The notes: generated from the sequence alone by a model not told the origin. Shown: positions 33,394 to 42,646, numbered from the stretch's first letter. The stretch is DNA of 64,000 nucleotides from Calditrichia bacterium (GCA_963796965.1 CAWCNS010000005.1:640001-704000); one strand, 5' to 3'. Numbers and translations: made by a program.

Positions 33394-34731
33394 CTAAACC
33401 TCAAGTAGGTTTTGGGACTGTTTTCTCTTCCTTCTTTTAATGCTTTGTCTTTTAGAAACAGGAGCATCCTCTGATTTTTCCTGATAGCGACGTTTTAAAT
33501 TGGAATTAGAACTTCTATTTTTCACAATTCTGGTTTTATTCCTGTTTTGCCTATCTATTTCCGGATCAAATTCTTTTTGATGTTTCAACATTCCAAAGAC
33601 GATACGCAGTACCTTATGCATGCATACACCAAGAGCTGATGATTTAACATTGCCTCTTTTTAAGTGATTAATATAGACTTCCTTGATTAAGGGATTATAA
33701 ACTATGCTGCTGCGGGCTACCATGTAAAGAATTTGTCTGGGTACACTTCGACCTTTTTTACTCATCCGAAAAGCACCTTTCCCATCGCCGCTAATCTTAT
33801 ATACAGGATGAACACCGAAATAGGAAGCCAGATGTTTTGCTGATGGAAAACGTTCGACAGCAAGGATGTTGAGGATAAGGCCAATGGCTGAATAAATGCC
33901 GATACCTTTAAATGATAGCAAAAGATTCACTTCCGGCAGATCACAGTGAGTTATCATATACTGTTTATGTTGCTCAATCTTATTTTTCAGATGTAATATC
34001 TGTTCGACGGTAGATTTAATAATAAAAGCGGTTGTTTGATCATCGATAGAGCCGACACTTTGCTTGGCATCGGAAATAAGAGCACAAGCCCGATTATATG
34101 ATATATAAGGAATCTTTGCCAGGGTCGTCTCCCTGGTTCTGATTAATTTAGCTGATGAAGGATATGTCTTAAGCAGGAGTAATATCCAATTTGGAATTCC
34201 ATCTTTGATATGTTTCATCAAAAATGGCATCGACGTATAAAGAAGAATATTCAATTGATTTAAAAGTTGTGTTTTTTGTTTTTTATACATTTCAATAAGA
34301 GTCCATTGTTTTCTTAGGGAAATGTATGGGTCGTCAGCATTATAATTCACTTTTTTAGGATAAGAGATCAAATATTCGGCAATGAACTTTGCACTTATAG
34401 CATCATCACTATTACGTTCTAATGATGCTTTATGAAGCGCATTTGGGCCGACCGGGTTTATTCTGGTAGACTTTATGTTCATTATATCAGATAAACGTTT
34501 AAACAGGGCAAGCCAGTTATTCTCAAGTCCGCCAGTACTCTCGACAGCAGAGAATAGGTTCGATCCTGGGTATCGTTTGAAAAAATCACGGATAAAATGA
34601 TAAAACTGGTTATGCCCTTCAAAGGTATCATCTAACTGGAAGACAGATTCAATAACTATTTTGTCACTGTCTAAGATGATAAAGTCGGCATAACCTTTAC
34701 TTACATCGCAGCCTAGATAATAGTTGGACAT
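33394..34731 (-). CDS. IS110 family transposase / bridge recombinase
   Basis: RuvC-like GCDVSK (D9), VESTG (E64), NSDDAISA; Tnp domain FKGIG..YFGVHPVYKISG..MSKKG..RQILY with the conserved Ser; AAGGAG RBS. Confidence 0.93.
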   Translation of the reverse strand: MSNYYLGCDVSKGYADFIILDSDKIVIESVFQLDDTFEGHNQFYHFIRDFFKRYPGSNLFSAVESTGGLENNWLALFKRLSDIMNIKSTRINPVGPNALHKASLERNSDDAISAKFIAEYLISYPKKVNYNADDPYISLRKQWTLIEMYKKQKTQLLNQLNILLYTSMPFLMKHIKDGIPNWILLLLKTYPSSAKLIRTRETTLAKIPYISYNRACALISDAKQSVGSIDDQTTAFIIKSTVEQILHLKNKIEQHKQYMITHCDLPEVNLLLSFKGIGIYSAIGLILNILAVERFPSAKHLASYFGVHPVYKISGDGKGAFRMSKKGRSVPRQILYMVARSSIVYNPLIKEVYINHLKRGNVKSSALGVCMHKVLRIVFGMLKHQKEFDPEIDRQNRNKTRIVKNRSSNSNLKRRYQEKSEDAPVSKRQSIKRRKRKQSQNLLEV

Positions 34732-34739
34732 ATAATGAC

Positions 34740-34945
34740 TCCTTTACTTGTTAAATGTAAAACCAGACATCATCAGCCTTGTAAAAATACGGCATCTTAG
34801 TGCCAAGTTATTAACCGACTTTTATCTGGCAGCCGGAAGAAACTCTGTGACGGTCTCCGAGACCAGGACACGGACCTCCTTACATGCCAGATTATCTAGG
34901 TTTTATAAAACATAAACAAGTAAAGTGTTAGTTAAATCTTTTAAC
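34740..34945 (-). ncRNA. Predicted IS110 bridge RNA (target-binding loop plus donor-binding loop)
   Basis: Stem ATCTGGCA/TGCCAGAT encloses guides TCCGTGTCCT (34865-34874) and TCACAGAG (34843-34850) around hairpin GGTCTCGGAGACC; second loop has TTAATAACT (34806-34814) and TACAAG (34778-34783) around GGCA-CTAAGA-TGCC; the guides match the flanks and the element ends. Confidence 0.85.
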
Positions 34946-35027
34946 TTTAAACATACAAGTACACGGAGTAATCTATTAATTTTATTTGAGTTAATACCGT
35001 TTCTCTTTATCTCCCCTCTGTGATCTC

Positions 35028-35330
35028 TTATAATATGACTCCCTTATTCCCTTTTTTAATTGCTTCAACACATTTCAATTCACCAATCACCTTGTTTTCG
35101 ATCAAATAATCTAATCGATAATTACCAATAGGATTGCCCTTATATTCAATCTCGAGTTGTTTCTGTCTTTTATACTCAATTCCCCGTGACTTTAACTCAT
35201 GCGCCATGGCTTCTTCATATAAATTTTCCAATAAACCTGGTCCAAGTGAAGAATGAACTTTCCCGATAAATCGGGACAAAGGTGATTATTTTTTCAGTAA
35301 TATCATTAAAAGGATATTCTTTAGGAGTTC
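35028..35330 (-). pseudogene. GxxExxY family protein (PD-(D/E)XK-like), degenerate
   Basis: ITEKII..VHSSLGPGLLENLYE..YKG..YRLD..ELK; frame broken at hairpin TCCCGATTTATCGGGA (35261-35276); lacks the usual HxAQxxxYL..GLLxNF segment. Confidence 0.8.
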
Positions 35331-35457
35331 TCAGAGTATTTCTCTGTGGCCTCTGTGGTTTCATCTTTTACTCCAATTTTTCATTGTTTCATAGAACTTT
35401 TGACACTACCCATACTACTGAATATAGGGTCGATCATATCAGATTTAATTCTCCTTT

Positions 35458-35862
35458 TTATCCGACATGATCTCCAATTAAGACCCATTTATCTTTCTGC
35501 CTTAATAGTATATCCGTATTACGTCCCTTTTTTGAACGTTCCAACCCGTCTTTGTTTTTATACGCAGTAGAATAATAGTAATGAACAATTGCCACATCAT
35601 TAAATATGTTAATCGCTACAGGGGTTATATTATAAGAAGCAATTTTCCGGTTGGGGAGAATTTGCAATTCTTTTTTAATATCAGTTCTATTTACCGGCAT
35701 TAAATCACAATTATTCCAACCAGCATAATCTTTATGAAAAAAGTCCGTAAAACCTTTCACATCGCCCTTCAGGATCAGATTTGTATAGGTTTCAACATTT
35801 CCCCATACTTCCTTTTGGGCCGGATTCCATTCTTTTTTTGATAAAGGAAGTACCATTTTCAA
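35458..35862 (-). CDS. NTF2-like / DUF4440 family protein
   Basis: GDVKGFTDFFHKDY, DVAIVHYY, GRNTDIL..KWVLIGDH pattern. Confidence 0.7.
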   Translation of the reverse strand: MKMVLPLSKKEWNPAQKEVWGNVETYTNLILKGDVKGFTDFFHKDYAGWNNCDLMPVNRTDIKKELQILPNRKIASYNITPVAINIFNDVAIVHYYYSTAYKNKDGLERSKKGRNTDILLRQKDKWVLIGDHVG

Positions 35863-36129
35863 GTGTAATTTATTTCTACTGGTACAATAATAACATTGGT
35901 AAAAGATATTTCATTGTATAAATCAGACATATCATTGTAAAAAAAAGACATTTATGGTACGAGTGGTATAACTTTGGGGATAGTAATGGCCGTTCGCGAA
36001 TGGCCATCGTCAGGTACGTGAAGTACATTATCTCTTATTGAAATACTTAGTAAATGGTGTTTTGATCACCATATGTGGAGCGGCGTGATTAATCGTGCCT
36101 TTACCATTTGTAATAAAATTGTACTTGAT

Positions 36130-36957
36130 CTATTTGATAAGATCGGTAAAATACTTTAATGCGATATGTTTGTCACTCTTAATAAATTCATTGGGTGTGA
36201 AACCGGTTAATTCTTTGAAACGATTTGTAAAATGGGCGAGGTCATAAAATTCTGCTTGGAAGGCAAGCTCCTGCACAGAGGAGTATTTTTTTGAATGCAT
36301 CAGATTAATCACATAATGTAGTTGAAAAATTTTTGAATAGCATTTTGGTGTGATGCCGACTATCTCCCGAAATTTTCGATCAAATTGGCGTTCACCAATC
36401 CCTATATCTTTTATTAATTCATTTATTTGAAAACTACCATTATATTTCTCAATAATATTCAGTGCCTTCTCAATATAATCATTAAAAGGCAAAGCCTTTG
36501 GAATTCGCTCACGGAGAAAATCCTCGAGCACTTCAATTTGCTGCTCACCATTATCCGACATAATCAATTCTTCATCTAGTAGAGTTTTTAATTGGGAAGA
36601 AATGAGATCACCTAAATCAGATAAATTATTGGTAAATCTGGAGGGAGAAATATGAAAGAGATAATAGAATCCAGATGCCGTAAATTCAATTAATATCTGG
36701 CATAAACTGCCATCATATTCTACATAGATATCATCATTGATCTTGGGACCGGCGATTTGCAACCTGGATTTTGGTTGGATTCTCCTGTTATTGAAATAGG
36801 AGGCCGGAATATCCTTAAAATTATAAGAAAGATAGGTAAAAGCACTGGGCATGAGCTTTTGTTTGTATTGGATGATTTTCTTACTCTTAAAGACTGAGAT
36901 CTTCCTGATATACTTTGAAAGATCTGGATTTGGATCAATGTGGATGATATCTATCAT
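36130..36957 (-). CDS. AraC family transcriptional regulator
   Basis: C-terminal ERQFDRKFREIVGITPK..FYDLAHFTNRFKELTGFTP. Confidence 0.9.
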   Translation of the reverse strand: MIDIIHIDPNPDLSKYIRKISVFKSKKIIQYKQKLMPSAFTYLSYNFKDIPASYFNNRRIQPKSRLQIAGPKINDDIYVEYDGSLCQILIEFTASGFYYLFHISPSRFTNNLSDLGDLISSQLKTLLDEELIMSDNGEQQIEVLEDFLRERIPKALPFNDYIEKALNIIEKYNGSFQINELIKDIGIGERQFDRKFREIVGITPKCYSKIFQLHYVINLMHSKKYSSVQELAFQAEFYDLAHFTNRFKELTGFTPNEFIKSDKHIALKYFTDLIK

Positions 36958-37014
36958 CGATTTATACCCCTTTGAAAGTCATCCAAATTATTAATCTAGA
37001 GCAATTTTATGCTC

Positions 37015-37722
37015 TTACATTCCATGTGGCACATTCAAGGCATCAAGCATTAATCCAGCCAGGACGCTGTTACCCTTCTTGTTCAAATGAACCGTATCAC
37101 TCGTCAATATTCCTTTCTCCACATTCTCAGGATTGTACTCTTTGAGATAGACCATAAAAGCCTTTCTCAGATCAAGGAGTTGTGAACCCGTTTCCCTGGC
37201 AACCTTACGGCTTATATCGGAATATTCGTCAAGCATTTTATCGTACTCATTTGTGCCATCCACTTTTTCACCAATAACCGTGGGTGTACATAAAATTACC
37301 CTTGCTCCGGCTGACTTAATCTTACTAATCATATCCTTTAAGCCTGCCTCATAAACATCCTTTGGCGTGCCATTATCCCTTTTCCAATGCCAAACATCGT
37401 TTATGCCAATATAGATCACGACTATCGTAGGATTCTTTTGAAGTACATCGCGGTCAAGACGTTTTTGGCAGTCAGGCACTTTATGCCCGCCAATGCCTGC
37501 CCCAATGACTTTAACTCCCAGATCCGGGTATGCATTTGCAATACTCTTAGAAACCAGGGTCACATAGCCTTCTGGTTTGACACCGGCAGCAGTGATCGAA
37601 TCGCCCAAGTAGACGATCGTCTCATTTTTTTTGAGGATCTGTAAGTCAGAAGATGTACAACCGTTCAACAAGGTGTACGCAATGCCGACGATACTGCTAA
37701 TTTTCATAATTTTTTTCATCAT
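37015..37722 (-). CDS. SGNH/GDSL hydrolase, lipoprotein
   Basis: LGDSIT, GIGG, IGINDVW, DTVHLN blocks; lipobox LNGC; start approximate. Confidence 0.88.
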   Translation of the reverse strand: MMKKIMKISSIVGIAYTLLNGCTSSDLQILKKNETIVYLGDSITAAGVKPEGYVTLVSKSIANAYPDLGVKVIGAGIGGHKVPDCQKRLDRDVLQKNPTIVVIYIGINDVWHWKRDNGTPKDVYEAGLKDMISKIKSAGARVILCTPTVIGEKVDGTNEYDKMLDEYSDISRKVARETGSQLLDLRKAFMVYLKEYNPENVEKGILTSDTVHLNKKGNSVLAGLMLDALNVPHGM

Positions 37723-37946
37723 CTGAGACTCCGTTTCAGTTTCTGGATTGAGTAAAATATAAATCAATTAAAAATTAGATTCAGACAATATTGTTTTTCT
37801 AAAACAGTATTCTTTATAACGCAGAGACGCTTAGTTCGTAAAGTTCCACCAAGTTTCATTTGAATGCCTAATAGTTTATAATTTTCATTGCATTCTACAA
37901 ACTCAATGTTGAAAAAGTATTCTACATTTTACTTCAAATATATTTT

Positions 37947-40484
37947 TCATTTTTTTCGGTAAAATATTATCTGTGAGCCCGGACATTCTGAGATAGTAAC
38001 AACCAGTTTTTCTTCCCCAGATTGGATTCTCTTCTCGCTGTTGTCCTCAACAAAAAATTCGTATTCCTGATCAGAATTAAGTTCTCTAATTTGAATCTCC
38101 TGAACAGGATCCGGGTTCTCCGGACGGCGGAAAAGGATTACCGCCCCATCATCAAATTCGGGACGATGAAACTGGTATCCATACCAGACATCCAGGTCAG
38201 GTATATGATGAAACAACGGGTAGAAATCGCCCAGCAGATAGGGACGCATTTTTTTATATATGGCCGTCGTTCGTTTTACTGCGTCGCGCGTATGAGAATC
38301 TGCCGAATTTTGCCTAAACCATCCCCCCGGAAATGGGACCGTAGAAAAATAAAACCCACTAACATTCCCTCTGTTGATTATTTTGATCAACAGTTCATTT
38401 TTTCCCTTTTTCAGAGGCAGATCAATTTTAGAATCGTCAACGGCAAGACTACGTCCTACATCTTCCCCCTTAACAAACGTACCATTGACAAAAACCTTAT
38501 ACCCATCATTACTCCCTAAATAAATCCGACAGTTGGTATCATAAGAAACTGTTATATCACGATATACATAGCTGGCATGATGGTTCTCTGGATCGAATGA
38601 ATCGAATACATATTGCTCACCATTTTCCCATTCCGGTTTCTTCAGCCATTTTAATCCACCGTTTTCAAATGTCCGGTTAAGGTTAACACCGTTTTCAGGT
38701 GCAAAAGAAAAGGAATATGGGTCTTTATTTTTATTGATAAATGGGCCAGTAAAATACCAGGATCCAAGTGTCAATCCTGAATTATTGAGGTTCTTAATTT
38801 CACGTGTACGATGCAATGCACGTAGACTGTCATTATCATGGTTGGTAAATACACCGCCACTGGCCATGGCACTGCGGAAATTATAGCTGGGTTCATAGCC
38901 ATAGTCACCACAGCCATGCAGGGGAATCCAGCGGTACAATCCACCATTCTGTAACTGGTCCGCCTCCGGATCCTCCACAAGGCATTGTAGATCACTATGC
39001 CAGAGAGGAAGACCGCGGGATATAGTTTCCAGGTCAATACGGCGCCCACCACTGGCACAATTATCGAGAGACATGTGAGGATGGCGTCTGAACAATTCAT
39101 CCCAAAATGCATAAAGTCCCTCAATGTGACGAATTTCTGTCATCCCCTGACGATCTTCAGTATCCGTATTCTGCCAGAATTCCAACGGATCCAGGTTAAA
39201 ATCATACCGTAACCAATCGATATTGGCAGCAGTGATTTGCTCATCAATATGTTCAAGCAACCAGGCCCGGGCTTCAGGGATATCCATACGAAATAAAAAT
39301 TGATCCAGCACTTCCACCGGACCCTTTTTATTCAACCATTGTGGATGCATTTTGTCAATCCTGCTGCCGGCTGCCGCCCGTTCCGGTTCAAACCAGAGCA
39401 GATACCCCATCCCTGCATTATGTGCCGCCTGGCCAATCGGTCCCATACCATTTGGATATTTTTTTGGATCCGGGTACCACGTGCCTGTACCGGAAGGGAA
39501 TCCCTTGGGATACCAATGTTGTGGATCCATATCGGACCAGAAAGTTTCAATCCCACGTTCAGCCAGAATTGGCATCACCCTTAGATGTGGTGCTTCATAA
39601 GTCCCATCCGGTGCTGTGTCTGTCACACTGGCCATAACCGGCGGCATAACCAGTTTACCGTTTCGACGGGGCAGATAATGTTTGATTAAGATCTGACGCA
39701 TTAAATTGTTACCATCAATCGGCTCATCCCCATCCCAAAAAGCCAGCAACATCCGCGGCGTTCGAATCGTTTCTCCGGGTAACAATTTCAAATGTGTGTG
39801 CTGCATGCCCCCCTTAATGGAGAGCTGGTCAGGTGCTTCAACTCCGAATTGGGCTTCCCACTGACCTGACCAACCCAAAGCAATAGCGATTCCTCCGTTT
39901 TCCCAATCCAGGTTAAAAAAGGGTAAATATCCGTCTGAAGAGGAGCGGCCTTTATGAGCTGATAATATCACCGGGGAATCAGCATTGAGATTGGTTGATG
40001 AAGGACGGAAACTTTCTGCAGAATTATAGTCACCCGTGCTGGTATGCAGTGTTATTTGAGCTGCGTCCGGTAAAACAATTTCATTGTTAAGAGGAAGTAT
40101 TTGCTCTATAATGGGTGTATCCCTCTCGCCTCTGTTGCTAAAATGGAGTACCCATTCCACTGCTGGAAAATCCTGGTAGATTAACGCCGTGCTTCGAACA
40201 AGCAATCCTGTTGTAGGATCCAAATACTCGGTTATTTGCTGTACGCGATTGGGGTCAAGTATCTGCTGGCTTGTGCTTACTGTCCAATTAGTTAGTAAAT
40301 TTTTGGAAGGTTTTCCATCATAGATGAAAGAGAAATAGGGTTGACTTGTCTGCGGATCATTAAACCGCTGGCTGATCCATTCTTTCGTGACAGTATTTTT
40401 ATTTGTCATTTCACAGGCATTAAAACTGAAAAGGAGCAATAGAATCCAAAGACAGATTTTTAGTAAATGGAGGACAATTTTCAT
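37947..40484 (-). CDS. GH36 alpha-galactosidase with an inserted jelly-roll domain
   Basis: GRSSSDGYLPFFN, GWSGQW, LWFEPER, RYDFN, DNCASGGRRIDLE, GDFYPL motifs. Confidence 0.85.
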   Translation of the reverse strand: MKIVLHLLKICLWILLLLFSFNACEMTNKNTVTKEWISQRFNDPQTSQPYFSFIYDGKPSKNLLTNWTVSTSQQILDPNRVQQITEYLDPTTGLLVRSTALIYQDFPAVEWVLHFSNRGERDTPIIEQILPLNNEIVLPDAAQITLHTSTGDYNSAESFRPSSTNLNADSPVILSAHKGRSSSDGYLPFFNLDWENGGIAIALGWSGQWEAQFGVEAPDQLSIKGGMQHTHLKLLPGETIRTPRMLLAFWDGDEPIDGNNLMRQILIKHYLPRRNGKLVMPPVMASVTDTAPDGTYEAPHLRVMPILAERGIETFWSDMDPQHWYPKGFPSGTGTWYPDPKKYPNGMGPIGQAAHNAGMGYLLWFEPERAAAGSRIDKMHPQWLNKKGPVEVLDQFLFRMDIPEARAWLLEHIDEQITAANIDWLRYDFNLDPLEFWQNTDTEDRQGMTEIRHIEGLYAFWDELFRRHPHMSLDNCASGGRRIDLETISRGLPLWHSDLQCLVEDPEADQLQNGGLYRWIPLHGCGDYGYEPSYNFRSAMASGGVFTNHDNDSLRALHRTREIKNLNNSGLTLGSWYFTGPFINKNKDPYSFSFAPENGVNLNRTFENGGLKWLKKPEWENGEQYVFDSFDPENHHASYVYRDITVSYDTNCRIYLGSNDGYKVFVNGTFVKGEDVGRSLAVDDSKIDLPLKKGKNELLIKIINRGNVSGFYFSTVPFPGGWFRQNSADSHTRDAVKRTTAIYKKMRPYLLGDFYPLFHHIPDLDVWYGYQFHRPEFDDGAVILFRRPENPDPVQEIQIRELNSDQEYEFFVEDNSEKRIQSGEEKLVVTISECPGSQIIFYRKK

Positions 40485-40883
40485 ACAGCAGTAACTCCGG
40501 AATTAAATGATAACTAGTAGTATCGTATAAAAACAGACAGAAACGTATAGTAAAATTGGCAGATCCAGGTATGAAATCAATTAATAAAGCCTAAATGAAT
40601 AAATATTTTCCACACCACCGTTCTGTCAAACATGCGAAATTCTTTTCCTGATCAAGGCTCGTTTTTTTATTTTACCTCTACGAAATGGATGAAGTCTCCA
40701 ATCGGAAAAATGGTTATTGGCTGATTTCCAAATGATGCGGACCAGAAAACTAATAAGTTCTCTTCTTCTTCACCACATAGGCCCTATTCACCCACATCCT
40801 CCGGACAGAGAGGTTATGGATGTTCTAATTGTGAGAATAAAATAGAAAAGGGGGAGAGAAAAAGTCTCAGAAAAATTGTTATT

Positions 40884-41303
40884 TTATTCTATAAATTCGA
40901 TCACATCGGCAGTGATAAAATATTTCGCTTGTGTATAGACGAGTGTATTCAGCACCTCTGAATCCTGGCGGATGTTTATTAATGCTAATTTTTTTCCATC
41001 CGTGCTACCGTATTTTTCGCGATAGTTGGCCCATAATTCCTTTATTGCTGAATCGTAGAGTTTCTCAACACCACTGACTTTGATCAAGGCAAACGTACCA
41101 ATATCAGAGCCTGCAGAATAGCTGAGTCCAATCAGGTATCCCTGCATCGATGAACCATGCATATCTTTGGCTACAATATTAAAATTTGGTTCGGACAACT
41201 CTACATTGGTCACATGTGTGGCCCGGAAGGCACCTCCGGTTCCACAGGATGAGAATGAAACTAAAAATAGAATCACCATTAATAGAAATAGAATTCTTTG
41301 CAT
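40884..41303 (-). CDS. Conserved lipoprotein (DUF6567-like)
   Basis: Lipobox FSSC; TNVELSEPNF and ALINIR..ITADVIEF pattern. Confidence 0.55.
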   Translation of the reverse strand: MQRILFLLMVILFLVSFSSCGTGGAFRATHVTNVELSEPNFNIVAKDMHGSSMQGYLIGLSYSAGSDIGTFALIKVSGVEKLYDSAIKELWANYREKYGSTDGKKLALINIRQDSEVLNTLVYTQAKYFITADVIEFIE

Positions 41304-41407
41304 TAAAAAGTTCCTTTCTTGATATTGAATTCTTCAAGTTATTAATTTCACTACATATAGTGGCATAAAATAACAGTTGCATTGCTAATTATCAATTAGC
41401 GCGTTTT

Positions 41408-42646
41408 TTAAGAATCATCATCTAAAATAGCCTTGTCCACTTCAAAAGGTATCACATCCCAGTTCTCAATAAGTTGTGGTTTCTTATTTTTATCAATCCA
41501 GAAGATCTTATCAATCTTTATTTCATGATATCCACGTTCCAAGCAATCCACGGCAATTTTTGTGATGATCCCTTTCTGATTGCTATTTTCGTTCTGTATG
41601 CCATACCATCTCAATCCGGATATCATCTTATCGTCCATATAAATATGGTACAATGATTTTAAATCTATTCCGGTGCTATCAGTCAGTATATCCAAACTCT
41701 TGAGTGAGGCTGGCTTCTCGGTCAAATTTTGTATCGTATATAAATCTTCTTTGTAAAAACTAATAAATAATTCAATCGAATTATCCTCTATCCAGAATTG
41801 ATCGATTGCGGCTTTCGATATTCTTAAACTTTTATCTCTGGTATTTTTATAATGGTCTTTATTTAATTGAATGATTGTACTCTTAATAGTTTTGTCTGCA
41901 TTGCTCTCATTTTTAAAATCAAATTCAAAAATTTCTGAAAGAGAGAGGAGACTAATTATGGTAAAATACAAAACAAACAACAGAAATGTCTTTATCTTAC
42001 CCATATTTGTAAAATAAGTCGTGAGAATATTGCTTAGAATTGAATTTTCTGCAGAATCCACTATTTTTGATTTCTTTTTCCTATTGGCCAAAACAATCCA
42101 TATTATTCCCAAAATGATATACAAGGGAATTATAATATATAGAATAACTACTCTAATCGTCGAAATGTCAAATCCTGCAATAAACAATAAGGCAAAGGGG
42201 ATCATACCAATGCAAAAACTACCCACAAAGATAATTGAAGAGAATATAAATGAGAATAACAGGCTGCAGACTTTTTCTAATCTGATAACGAATATTTCAG
42301 GTTTATGGAAGTTAATTTTTCTTTTGGATTCGGGCATGTTTTGTTTATTCACACCATCCGGAAAAACATAACTTAAACCGACAAATCCTGTCCAGATCCC
42401 TCTTAGGATAAGGTGAAAGATCAATCCGATTTTCAACCCATTTAATATAATTATTGAGACAACATAGATGTTTCTTCCCACCACATATCTGACATTTAGC
42501 TCCTGGATGAGCATTCCATAAAAATTATAGATATAATTCGAGAGGAGAAAAAGAAATGTAAGGATAATCCCTGAGATTAATATTTCAGGTTCCCAACTTT
42601 TGTTTTGGGTATCAATTAACCATTTTGGTGTTTTAGCATCAGGCAT
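41408..42646 (-). CDS. Hypothetical integral membrane protein
   Basis: SWEPEILISG, HLILRGIWTGFVGLSYVFP, LEKVCS; several TM segments. Confidence 0.7.
   Translation of the reverse strand: MPDAKTPKWLIDTQNKSWEPEILISGIILTFLFLLSNYIYNFYGMLIQELNVRYVVGRNIYVVSIIILNGLKIGLIFHLILRGIWTGFVGLSYVFPDGVNKQNMPESKRKINFHKPEIFVIRLEKVCSLLFSFIFSSIIFVGSFCIGMIPFALLFIAGFDISTIRVVILYIIIPLYIILGIIWIVLANRKKKSKIVDSAENSILSNILTTYFTNMGKIKTFLLFVLYFTIISLLSLSEIFEFDFKNESNADKTIKSTIIQLNKDHYKNTRDKSLRISKAAIDQFWIEDNSIELFISFYKEDLYTIQNLTEKPASLKSLDILTDSTGIDLKSLYHIYMDDKMISGLRWYGIQNENSNQKGIITKIAVDCLERGYHEIKIDKIFWIDKNKKPQLIENWDVIPFEVDKAILDDDS

Larger units (their letters stand above)
33251..34959 (-). mobile_element. IS110-family insertion sequence (bridge recombinase type), complete, bounded by CT cores
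   Basis: On the minus strand: flank TCCGTGTA|CT|TGTATG at 34958-34959, then non-coding left end, transposase and right end, then TTAATAA|CT|CTGTGG at 33251-33252; no terminal inverted repeats. Confidence 0.9.

Noticed and set aside
34742..34925. 11-bp inverted repeat as IS terminal inverted repeats (IS1111-like or a MITE)
   Set aside because: Both arms lie within the left non-coding end rather than at the two element ends; better explained as an RNA stem
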